A stretch of 14,928 nt of DNA, from NCBI GenBank assembly GCA_041586955.1, contig JBFGZE010000082.1, positions 1 through 14,928 on the forward strand, read 5' to 3'. Below the pieces are notes generated by a model. That model was given only the letters and a program-made list of their open reading frames with translations. It had not been told where the DNA came from and ran no database searches. Positions 1-8,228 of this stretch are shown here, piece after piece. Source of the DNA: Bacteriovoracaceae bacterium (GTDB taxonomy: Bacteria > Bdellovibrionota > Bacteriovoracia > Bacteriovoracales > Bacteriovoracaceae). A program made the position numbers and the translations under genes. Positions within the stretch are counted from its first letter, which is position 1, and every line of letters begins with the position of its first letter.

Positions 1-757
1 GAATTTTCGCGAGATCGATTTGCGCCGTCACAAACTTCTCTCCCTCTTCACCATCCACTAAAACTGTGCCCCAAGGATCGATCGCCAGCGAATGGCCATA
101 GGTAATAATCCGGTCATTATGCTTGCCCCATTGCGCGGGAGCAATGACAAAGCATTGCCCTTCAATAGCACGGGCGCGATTGAGAATATGCCAATGAGCA
201 CGACCAGTGGTTACTGTAAAAGCGGACGAAAAAGTAACAATGTCACAGCCCTGTTCGACATAGGCCTGCATTACTTTTGAAAACCGCAAATCAAAACAAA
301 TCCCCAAACCGATTTTTAATTCTCCCGCTTGAATGACTTTCAATTCATTGCCGGGAGTATAAATATCACCCTCATCAATTTTTTTTCGGACCTCGCCTCT
401 TTTAATATCACAGGAAAAAAGATGCATCTTATCGTAAAAACCAATAAGCTTGCCCTCGGGATCAAAATTAAGAGCGCGGTTAACGACAATCCCCTCTTTA
501 TCATAAGCGACTGAGCCACCTAAAAGATAAACGCCAAATTCACGCGCCAGAGCAGAGATCTTTGCAAAATGCTCATTCCCCTCTTTAACCAAGTAAGGAG
601 TCGGAGCGCTACCATCAGACATTGAATAAAAACATTCTGGCAAAAAAACATAGCGGATCCCCTGATCCACAATGTCTTTTAAAAAAGAGCGGATTTTCCC
701 AAGATTGATCTCTGGATCGAGTGCAGAGGTCATTTGAATGACGGCAATATCAATCAT
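1..757 (-). CDS. Carbon-nitrogen hydrolase (nitrilase superfamily), Nit1/deaminated-glutathione amidase-like; 3' end beyond the window
   Basis: Absent from the ORF track because the stop lies outside the window. Manual translation from ATG at 757: MIDIAVIQMTSALDPEINL...VFLPECF...GGSV...YDKMHLF...GICFDLRF...SAFTVTTGRAHWHILNRARAIEGQCFVIAPAQWGKH...TYGHSLAIDPWG. It carries the Glu-Lys-Cys triad and Nit1-type motifs. The ATG overlaps the ugd TGA (ATGA). Confidence 0.9.
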   Translation of the reverse strand, partial: MIDIAVIQMTSALDPEINLGKIRSFLKDIVDQGIRYVFLPECFYSMSDGSAPTPYLVKEGNEHFAKISALAREFGVYLLGGSVAYDKEGIVVNRALNFDPEGKLIGFYDKMHLFSCDIKRGEVRKKIDEGDIYTPGNELKVIQAGELKIGLGICFDLRFSKVMQAYVEQGCDIVTFSSAFTVTTGRAHWHILNRARAIEGQCFVIAPAQWGKHNDRIITYGHSLAIDPWGTVLVDGEEGEKFVTAQIDLAKI

Positions 758-2076
758 TTGATTTGTTTACCAATGGCATAGTACTCAAAACCCGCTGCAA
801 GAACCTCTTGGGTATCATAAAGGTTACGAGCATCAAAAATGATGGGCGCTTTAAGACGTTTTTTGATTTCATCAAAAAGTGGCGATTTAAATTCACGCCA
901 TTCAGTCATCGTTATCATGCCATCACAATCATTGAGGCAATCATACATATTATCAACCTGATGAAGCTTACCTTCACAAACAGGGTAACTCTTCATTAAT
1001 TGAGCGTAATTGTTAGCACCTTCTGGATCGTAAAAATTAACTTCGGCACCGGCCTGAACGAGGGCCTTGGCCATATAAATAGCTGGCGCTTCCCGCACAT
1101 CATCCGTATTGGCCTTAAAAGCAACGCCCCAAAAAGCAAATTTTTTGCCCTTTAAATCGCCATTATAATGCTTATTCATTTTTTCATACATACGCGTTTT
1201 TTGCGCATTATTCACTTCTTCGGTCGCCTGAACAATTTTTAAATCCATATCATGCTCACGAGCAGTATAAACGAGGGCCTTTACGTCCTTTGGAAAACAA
1301 GATCCTCCATAACCAGGGCCAGGATAGAGAAAGTGACCACCGATACGACGATCACTTGAAATCCCTTTTCTCACTTCTTCAATGTCTGCACCAGTCAAGT
1401 CACAAAGCTTGGCCACTTCATTGATGAAAGAAATTTTTGTGGCAAGAAAACAATTGGCCGCATACTTACTCATCTCTGCAGATAAGTTTGACATCATATA
1501 GATAGGATTCCCCTGACGAACGAGAGGCCGATATAATTCTTCCATTTTCTTGGCGGCAAATTCACTTTGGTGACCAATCAGAACGCGGTCAGGTCTCATA
1601 AAATCGTCTACCGCAGTGCCTTCTTTGAGAAATTCTGGGTTATTGACGAGATGAAATGTTTTATCGGTATGCTCTGCAATTAGGTTTCTAATACTTGTTG
1701 AGGTGCCGACCGGGACAGTGGACTTAATAACCACAATAGCATTATCGGCGATATTTTCTGCCACACTCATGGCCGCTTTCTCAAGGTAAGTTAAGTCCGC
1801 TTCACCATTTTCGCCAGAAGGTGTTCCCACCGCGAGGAAAATAACTTGAGCTTCTTTTACAGAATCGTAATGAGTAGAGAACATCAGACGGGAGGCCTTA
1901 ATATTCCGCTTTAAAAGGTCAGATAAACCGGGTTCAAAAATTGGTGATTCTCCGCGCTCTAACATTTCGATTTTTTTAGGATCAATATCAATACAAGTGA
2001 CATGATGACCAATTTCTGCAAAACACGTTCCGCTTACCAAACCAACATAACCAGTTCCAATCACCGAGACTCTCAT
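754..2076 (-). CDS. ugd: UDP-glucose 6-dehydrogenase
   Basis: Rossmann motif VIGTGYVGL, AVGTP, KSTVPVGT, NPEFLKEG, KYAANCFLATKISFINE, catalytic GYGGSCFPKD, FKANTDDVRE and FDARN. RBS GGGAGA upstream. Confidence 0.95.
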   Translation of the reverse strand: MRVSVIGTGYVGLVSGTCFAEIGHHVTCIDIDPKKIEMLERGESPIFEPGLSDLLKRNIKASRLMFSTHYDSVKEAQVIFLAVGTPSGENGEADLTYLEKAAMSVAENIADNAIVVIKSTVPVGTSTSIRNLIAEHTDKTFHLVNNPEFLKEGTAVDDFMRPDRVLIGHQSEFAAKKMEELYRPLVRQGNPIYMMSNLSAEMSKYAANCFLATKISFINEVAKLCDLTGADIEEVRKGISSDRRIGGHFLYPGPGYGGSCFPKDVKALVYTAREHDMDLKIVQATEEVNNAQKTRMYEKMNKHYNGDLKGKKFAFWGVAFKANTDDVREAPAIYMAKALVQAGAEVNFYDPEGANNYAQLMKSYPVCEGKLHQVDNMYDCLNDCDGMITMTEWREFKSPLFDEIKKRLKAPIIFDARNLYDTQEVLAAGFEYYAIGKQIK

Positions 2077-2177
2077 GTCTTCTCCCTTTTACGATTCAAT
2101 AATTTTTCCTCATTATAATACTTAAAGACAAACCAGGCTAGAGGCATTATCTTTAAATAATAAGAGGAGGAAATTGA

Positions 2178-3167
2178 ATGCTACGCATTGTTTTTAAATT
2201 TGCATTTGCGACTGCTATTGTCGCTTGGCTACTTAGGAGTGGAAAGCTTGATTTCTCTCTCGTTGAAAAAAGTATGTCGTCTGGTTATATGTGGCTCGTC
2301 GCTCTCATGATTATTTTTACTCAAGACATAGTCTCTGCCGTACGTTGGAAAATTCTCCTCAAAACCCGCTCCAAGGAAGAACTTCCCATTGGCAAAGTGA
2401 TTAAACTCACCTGGATTGGCCTATTTTTTAACTCCTTTCTTCCTGGTGCCGTAACTGGCGACCTGATCAAACTGGTCTATGCTCGAGACATGGATAAAAA
2501 GCTCAGTAAAACCTTTCTGATCACCACTGTTCTTGTCGACCGCATTATTGGACTCGCAGGCCTTCTTATTATCCTCGGTATCTGCAGTGTCTTTTATTAT
2601 TCTGAGACCATCGCTCTTGGCCCTCGCATGGAATATCTCATTCATTTTAATCTTCTTTTATTTCTCGGGGCGATTACCTTTGTCATCAGTCTTTTTATGC
2701 CAAAAAGAATTCAAAAACATATCCTCGCCTTAAGTGGCAAGGTGCCCGTCCTTGGTAATAAGATTACAAAAACTCTTAACCAAGTTTGGACCATTGGTAG
2801 TGATAAGAAAGCAGTCCTTAAATGTGTCGGCTTAAGTATCTTTTTACAAATTTGCAATATCACCGCATTTTACGTTTTCTCCTCACCTTTTTATGGTAGC
2901 GATATCCCCTTTCCCTATATTGCCACTTTTATTCCACTCGGGTTTATTGCTGTGGCCATCCCTATTTCCCCAGCGGGACTTGGTGTCGGTCATATGATTT
3001 TTGATGAATTATTTTCATTGGCAGGAATTCAAGGCGGGGCCTCATTCTTTAATCTCTACTTTCTTGGCTGTGTCTTTATTAACTCATTAGGCCTCATCCC
3101 TTATCTGATGAGTGGCAAAAAGAATGCCCTGGAACAATCCAAAGACTTTGATGAAGAAATGGTTTAG
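2178..3167 (+). CDS. Lysylphosphatidylglycerol synthase TM-region / UPF0104 (YbhN-like) putative flippase membrane protein
   Basis: Multi-TM hydrophobic protein with family motifs RWKILL, IGLFFNSFLPGAVTGD, DRIIGL and IPISPAGLGV. Strong RBS GAGGAGG. Confidence 0.8.
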   Translation: MLRIVFKFAFATAIVAWLLRSGKLDFSLVEKSMSSGYMWLVALMIIFTQDIVSAVRWKILLKTRSKEELPIGKVIKLTWIGLFFNSFLPGAVTGDLIKLVYARDMDKKLSKTFLITTVLVDRIIGLAGLLIILGICSVFYYSETIALGPRMEYLIHFNLLLFLGAITFVISLFMPKRIQKHILALSGKVPVLGNKITKTLNQVWTIGSDKKAVLKCVGLSIFLQICNITAFYVFSSPFYGSDIPFPYIATFIPLGFIAVAIPISPAGLGVGHMIFDELFSLAGIQGGASFFNLYFLGCVFINSLGLIPYLMSGKKNALEQSKDFDEEMV

Positions 3168-3169
3168 CG

Positions 3170-4210
3170 CTAAGAAACGCCAATCCCCTTCTCTGATAAT
3201 TTTAAAGTCAAGATAAAATCAGGATTCCAAGGCAGGGCCAAGGGGGAACGCATTTTCTCCGGTACTAATGATCGGTACCGGAATTTTTGCCAAAGGTTAG
3301 GATTCAATAAAACGGCGCTAGCGCGTGCTCTTTTAGGAACTTCCGATAGTGTTGAAACCCAATGGACCTGCTCACCACGAATATTATTTTTAATAAGATC
3401 TGAGTAATGATCTGCCTCTCCCACGATATAAACGTGCTCTTTTATGGGAAATTGAAACTTCTCGCCTAAACGCTCAATTCTTTCCTGCATTAATTGCGGG
3501 TGAGGTCCCAAATAAGTTAATGTTTCGGTTTGATTGTCATAGCGACGTTCACGCCTTTTATACTTTGAAAGGCGATGATCTGCGTGGTACAGACGCAAAA
3601 TATCGCGCTTTTTTTCATGGTAAGAGCTTTCTTCTCTAACATGGCCATAATGAAAAATCCGGGCCTCAGAGTAATAAACTTTTTGGTGGTGGCGGAATGT
3701 TTGAGCATCTCCCCATGATTCAATCGATGTTTTTAGTTTCACACAGCGAATTTCTTGTGGGTACCATTTTTTGTTAATGGCAATTTCATGGTGACTTTGC
3801 CAAAAATGAAGATAGCGAAAGGCAATTGTATCGCACCCCTCATCCTGGGCCTTTTGCACATCACGTTTAATCAGCTCGTAATCATCTTCATGCAAAACTT
3901 CATCACATTGTAGATAAAAACCCCAAGCTGCTTCATTTTCCCCGTGATCGGCCCTTAGCCCATCAAGGGCGATATTCGTTTGCTGACTAAGAATGAGTCC
4001 GCCCTCGCGGAGAGAGTCATCCCATACAGTGGGGATCGAATGAATTTTTGGCAATGCTTGTACCTTTTCTTCGGTACTATCCTCGCCCGCGCCTAAGGCC
4101 AAATAGACCTTTTCTGAAACACCGGCCAAGCTTTTAAGGGATTCTTCAAAACAATAATCGTATTTCACCCCATTTCTCAAAAGAGTGAAGCCATATAATG
4201 AGATTTTCAT
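3170..4210 (-). CDS. GT2-like (GT-A fold) glycosyltransferase with a C-terminal extension
   Basis: N-terminus MKISLYGFTLLRNGVKYDYCFEESLKSL...EDST, LSQQTNIAL, W-x-FYLQCDE (DxD-equivalent), F-x-YLHFW and IFHYGHVR are typical of GT2-like proteins. Start placed at the ATG at 4210 rather than the track's GTG at 4234. Confidence 0.7.
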   Translation of the reverse strand: MKISLYGFTLLRNGVKYDYCFEESLKSLAGVSEKVYLALGAGEDSTEEKVQALPKIHSIPTVWDDSLREGGLILSQQTNIALDGLRADHGENEAAWGFYLQCDEVLHEDDYELIKRDVQKAQDEGCDTIAFRYLHFWQSHHEIAINKKWYPQEIRCVKLKTSIESWGDAQTFRHHQKVYYSEARIFHYGHVREESSYHEKKRDILRLYHADHRLSKYKRRERRYDNQTETLTYLGPHPQLMQERIERLGEKFQFPIKEHVYIVGEADHYSDLIKNNIRGEQVHWVSTLSEVPKRARASAVLLNPNLWQKFRYRSLVPEKMRSPLALPWNPDFILTLKLSEKGIGVS

Positions 4211-4251
4211 GGAAAGACTATACCTTTTAATCACTTAAATGGCGAATGGAC

Positions 4252-4281
4252 AAAAAAAAGGCCTTGAATAAATCAAGGCCT
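4252..4281 (-). terminator. Rho-independent terminator of the 4303-5079 gene
   Basis: 9-bp stem AGGCCTTGA/TCAAGGCCT (4259-4267, 4273-4281), 5-nt loop, followed by a U tract on the minus strand about 20 nt after the stop. Confidence 0.85.
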
Positions 4282-4302
4282 AATGCTTATAAAATTATCA
4301 AT

Positions 4303-5079
4303 TTATCGACAGAATTTTTTAACGGTTTTACGCAATTTTCTTTCCTCTCTTTTTTTTCCTAAGCGAGGAACATACTCTCCATAATGGGGAGTGAAATAAG
4401 ACATTCCGTGTTGGTATTCGACGATATAAGTCGATAAAGGAAAATTGGAATCAAGAACCTTTAAATCATAACCATTGCCATTTTTTTCCATTCCCACAAC
4501 CAGCCAAGCATGGGCCATAATACCGGGAATTTGTAATACTTGATAGGCGATATTTTTCTTTTTATTCACATAATTATAGAGTTCATCCATCTTTTTTCTC
4601 AGCTTGCTAGGACTGATACTTGAGCCACCCCATAGGCCAACCGCCCATTGCGCTCTTAGAACACCATCGGCCTTTTGCCACTTATCAAGCTCCTCTTGCA
4701 CAATATTTTCGTTCCAAGCAGTAAAAGAGGAAAAGCTATCATACCCAGGAATTTCCACAGGGCCGTTGCCCTTGCGCAATTGGTGGACGATTTTCGCCAC
4801 TTTTTCGGCCGATGGAGAGGGCTTGTTAGGACTATAATAGGCCAGATAAGACGCATTTCGCGTCAAGCGAGAATGCCACCAACAGACACCACCATTAACC
4901 AGACCACCCTGATTTTTAAAACCTAAACGTGCTTTTGGGTTAGTGGCGAGAAGGTCGCGGGCATAGGATTTTGACCGGTGATTTTGACAGAATTCTTTCT
5001 TGGAGAAACTTAGCTCAACAGCAAATGATGAATGAAAAAGCGTGATCGCAACAAAGCTGCACAAGAAAAATTTTAACAT
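4303..5079 (-). CDS. Secreted hypothetical protein with a putative papain-like Cys-His-Asp catalytic signature
   Basis: Signal peptide MLKFFLCSFVAITLFHSSFA. Motifs GGVCWW, AHAWLVVG and KVLDSNFP. RBS GGAGAG just before the ATG at 5079. The fold call is an inference. Confidence 0.55.
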   Translation of the reverse strand: MLKFFLCSFVAITLFHSSFAVELSFSKKEFCQNHRSKSYARDLLATNPKARLGFKNQGGLVNGGVCWWHSRLTRNASYLAYYSPNKPSPSAEKVAKIVHQLRKGNGPVEIPGYDSFSSFTAWNENIVQEELDKWQKADGVLRAQWAVGLWGGSSISPSKLRKKMDELYNYVNKKKNIAYQVLQIPGIMAHAWLVVGMEKNGNGYDLKVLDSNFPLSTYIVEYQHGMSYFTPHYGEYVPRLGKKREERKLRKTVKKFCR

Positions 5080-5238
5080 AGAACTCTCCAATTAAAAGAA
5101 TTGATCAACAAAGACTGTTGAACCATGCCATGCACAAAAAGACATCCTTTTTTTTGAAAAATGGTAAAGTTTTCATTTTTATCCTCTCAAGATAAAAGAA
5201 AATCTTCCTCCAAAGTATTGAGTTATAAAAAAGCCCAT

Positions 5239-5287
5239 AAAAAAAGGCCCGCTTCCTCACCTCAAACTGAAGCGAAGAAGCGGGCCT
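5239..5287 (-). terminator. Long-stem Rho-independent terminator of the Cys/Lys-rich lipoprotein gene
   Basis: Minus-strand RNA AGGCCCGCUUCUUCGCUUCA-GUU-UGAGGUGAGGAAGCGGGCCU forms 20 consecutive pairs (three G-U) followed by a U tract. It starts 13 nt after the stop at 5301. Confidence 0.85.
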
Positions 5288-5300
5288 AGGCCTTATCTCA

Positions 5301-5666
5301 CTAACTCTTATTCTTTTTTAACTTACAACTCTCTTTCGTACATGTACCTTTAGCACAATCAGCACAGGCCTTCTTCTTTAAGTGACAAGGTTTTTTACCA
5401 CAGTCTTTTTTCTTTAATTGACAAGCACCATTTTTACTGGCCTCTTTTCTAGAACTACCGCATGCCGATTTTTTCTTCACGTGGCATTCCTTTTTCTTCA
5501 CATGGCATTCCTTTTTCTTTGAATCGCAGGCCTTTCCCTCTCTTACCTGACCTTTGGCATGAGGGCATACTTTTTTAGAATCACATTTCTTATTGCCTGG
5601 AATATGTGAGCAAGACAAAAATGTCATCAATAAAACAATTGAAGCAAATCGCAATAATAACTGCAT
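5301..5666 (-). CDS. Small Cys/Lys-rich repetitive lipoprotein (metallothionein-like composition), function unknown
   Basis: Signal peptide with lipobox FLS-C19. 13 further Cys and 31 Lys in the roughly 100-aa mature part. RBS AAGGAG. Has its own terminator. Confidence 0.75.
   Translation of the reverse strand: MQLLLRFASIVLLMTFLSCSHIPGNKKCDSKKVCPHAKGQVREGKACDSKKKECHVKKKECHVKKKSACGSSRKEASKNGACQLKKKDCGKKPCHLKKKACADCAKGTCTKESCKLKKNKS
5471..5519. repeat. 21-bp tandem repeat (about 2.3 copies) encoding KKKECHV
   Basis: TTTTCTTCACGTGGCATTCCT / TTTTCTTCACATGGCATTCCT / TTTTCTT, with one synonymous mismatch. Confidence 0.9.
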
Positions 5667-5753
5667 GGAGTTCTCCTTTAGAGTGTTCTGTTTACTCCAT
5701 TTTAATGACTTCTAGAAAAATCAAGCCTCGGGGGTAAATTTTACCAAAAAGAA

Positions 5754-6377
5754 TTAAAACGTGAATATTTTATTAATATCGACGTGGGTATACTGCCGGT
5801 ATTTATTATTAAGTTGTTCGACTTTCATGAGAAAAGACTCGCCAGTCCCCTCTGGTTCTTCTTTGCGGATCTTTTTAACCGCTTTTCTAAGAATACTTTT
5901 TGCTTCCATAGGAACAACAGTTAGGCCTGGTAGGAGATAGTTTTCATCTCCTACTTGAGCAATACGGCCAATTAATATCTCGCCTTTCATCAGGCCTATA
6001 TTAGGATGATCTTTGGCCAAATAAAATTTACTATTAGTGACATATTCTTTGAGGGTCATTTTCCCCAAAAGGCTTGTTCCTTGAAAATCAAAGAGGCCGA
6101 ATTGAACAGAGGCCAAGGCCTTGGCCATCTCCTCATTAAGAGTATGATCTTTTAAATACTTTTTAATGAGTGTTTCGCTATTTTTTGTCTCTTTAAATTG
6201 GAAAATATACCAATCATTAAAAAGCTTCATACGGTTTTCAAAATCGGGTGCGTCTTCATCGGCCTTCCCAGTAAGGGAAAAATAAATGGCCTTGGCCTTA
6301 GACATAAGATCGTAATATTCTCCATCAGAGAAATGTTTGATAATTGTGTCTAATAATTGAAAGAAATCAATCTGCAA
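5754..6377 (-). CDS. Hypothetical cytoplasmic protein (207 aa) directly downstream of lepA
   Basis: Long ORF with TTG start and RBS AAGGAGAG, 12 nt after the lepA stop. No family recognised. Confidence 0.75.
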   Translation of the reverse strand: MQIDFFQLLDTIIKHFSDGEYYDLMSKAKAIYFSLTGKADEDAPDFENRMKLFNDWYIFQFKETKNSETLIKKYLKDHTLNEEMAKALASVQFGLFDFQGTSLLGKMTLKEYVTNSKFYLAKDHPNIGLMKGEILIGRIAQVGDENYLLPGLTVVPMEAKSILRKAVKKIRKEEPEGTGESFLMKVEQLNNKYRQYTHVDINKIFTF

Positions 6378-6389
6378 TGCGATCTCTCC

Positions 6390-8195
6390 TTAATCATCTA
6401 CTTTTAATACCGCTAAGAACGCTTCTTGAGGGACTTCTACAGCTCCCACCATTTTCATTCGCTTTTTACCGGCCTTTTGCTTCTCTAATAATTTTCTTTT
6501 CCGTGAAATATCCCCACCATAACATTTAGCGAGAACGTTTTTCCGTAGGGCCTTCACGGTTTCTCTGGCGACAATCTTGGCGCCAATCGCCGCTTGGATG
6601 GCTATATCAAATTGCTGCCGACCAATTAATTTACGCAGCTTTTGAGTAAGATCCCGTCCCTTAAAAAAGGCATTGGTTCTATGGCAAATAATGGAAAGAG
6701 CATCAACACTATCGCCATTGAGTAGCACATCAACTTTAACCAAATCAGAGGCCTCATAACCCTTGAATTCGTAATCCATTGAGGCATAACCCTTACTCAT
6801 ACCCTTTAGTTTATCATAGAAATCAAAAACCATTTCAGAAAGAGGCAGGTCATAAGTAATCTGTACCCGGTCCTCTGTAATATATTTCATATCTGTTTGT
6901 CGGCCACGGCGCTCTTCACAAAGCTTGATAATATTCCCAACATATTCATTGGGTAGGTGAATAGAAATGGAAACGATCGGCTCGGTAATTTCCTGATACT
7001 CACCCGGCTCAGGCATTTCAGAAGGGTTTGAAATTTCCATTTCCGAATTATCATTTAAGAGAACTCGATAACGCACTGATGGAGCTGTTGAAATAAGATT
7101 GAGCTCAAACTCTCTTTCCAACCTCTCCTGAATAATATTCATATGAAGAAGTCCTAAAAAGCCACAACGAAAACCAAACCCTAAGGCACCAGAAGTTTCT
7201 GGCTCATACGTGAAAGAGGCATCATTCAAGGCCAATTTCTCGAGAGACTCTTTAAGCGTTTCATAATCATTGGATTCAACGGGAAAAATCCCACAGAATA
7301 CCATCGGTTTGATTTCTTCATAACCCGCAAGGTTAGGTGTGTCTTTTTTCTTAGCGTGGACAACGGTATCGCCAATTTTAACATCGCGAACAGTTTTGAT
7401 CCCACATATAATCATACCAACTTCGCCAGCACCCAATTCAGTAACTTCTTTGAAAAAGGGGGCATTGACCCCCATTTTGAGAACTTCGTATTCTTCCTCG
7501 GAATGCTTAAAGAAAACTTTTTCTTTTTTCTTAAGTACACCATTCATCACTCTGACTAAAACCACAACACCTTGATAAGGGTCAAACCACGAATCAAAAA
7601 TTAAGGCCTGTAGCTCTGAGTTTATATCACCTGTTGGGGCGGGAATTTTATGAACAATGGTTTCTAAGAGGTCGGCGACACCGATACCACTTTTGGCCGA
7701 AACTTCATCAGCTTCAAGAGCATCAATCCCAATAATATCTTCAATTTCTTGCTTCACACGATCAACATCGGCGTGGGGTAAATCAATTTTATTAAGGACC
7801 GGTATAATCTCTAAGTCGTTCTCCATGGCCATATAAACATTGGCCAAAGTTTGGGCCTCAACTCCCTGAGAGGCATCGACCACTAAAAGAGCGGCATCAC
7901 ATGAGGCAAGAGAGCGGCTGACTTCATAGGTAAAGTCGACGTGCCCAGGAGTGTCGATTAAATTAAAATAATAAACTTCACCATTTTTGGCCTTATATTC
8001 CAAGCGCACAGTTTGCGCCTTAATGGTAATCCCTCTCTCCTTTTCGATATCCATATTATCTAAAAGGCGATCTTTCATCTCTCGGGAGGTGATAGACTTC
8101 GTTTCCTCTAAAAGTCTATCGGCAAGCGTAGACTTACCGTGGTCAATATGGGCAATAATGGAAAAATTACGAATAAATTTTTGATCGATACTCAC
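6390..8195 (-). CDS. lepA: Translation elongation factor 4 (LepA)
   Basis: [73 protein letters not shown] and VPQEAF. GTG start. Confidence 0.98.
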   Translation of the reverse strand: MSIDQKFIRNFSIIAHIDHGKSTLADRLLEETKSITSREMKDRLLDNMDIEKERGITIKAQTVRLEYKAKNGEVYYFNLIDTPGHVDFTYEVSRSLASCDAALLVVDASQGVEAQTLANVYMAMENDLEIIPVLNKIDLPHADVDRVKQEIEDIIGIDALEADEVSAKSGIGVADLLETIVHKIPAPTGDINSELQALIFDSWFDPYQGVVVLVRVMNGVLKKKEKVFFKHSEEEYEVLKMGVNAPFFKEVTELGAGEVGMIICGIKTVRDVKIGDTVVHAKKKDTPNLAGYEEIKPMVFCGIFPVESNDYETLKESLEKLALNDASFTYEPETSGALGFGFRCGFLGLLHMNIIQERLEREFELNLISTAPSVRYRVLLNDNSEMEISNPSEMPEPGEYQEITEPIVSISIHLPNEYVGNIIKLCEERRGRQTDMKYITEDRVQITYDLPLSEMVFDFYDKLKGMSKGYASMDYEFKGYEASDLVKVDVLLNGDSVDALSIICHRTNAFFKGRDLTQKLRKLIGRQQFDIAIQAAIGAKIVARETVKALRKNVLAKCYGGDISRKRKLLEKQKAGKKRMKMVGAVEVPQEAFLAVLKVDD

Positions 8196-8228
8196 GTACT
8201 CTAACCTTTAAAACGGAGGCTGCTATCT

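Noticed and set aside
3164..3173. Perfect palindrome TTAGCGCTAA
   Set aside because: It is explained by two convergent TAG stop codons 2 nt apart and is too short to be a terminator.
5116..5130. Sigma54 promoter at TGGCATG upstream of the papain-like gene
   Set aside because: The -12 TTGC element is absent at the required spacing.
5301..5666. Multiheme cytochrome c, or a complete MNIO/DUF692 RiPP cluster
   Set aside because: There is no CxxCH motif (the only CxxC, CADC, is followed by Ala), and no DUF692 or partner gene lies in the window.
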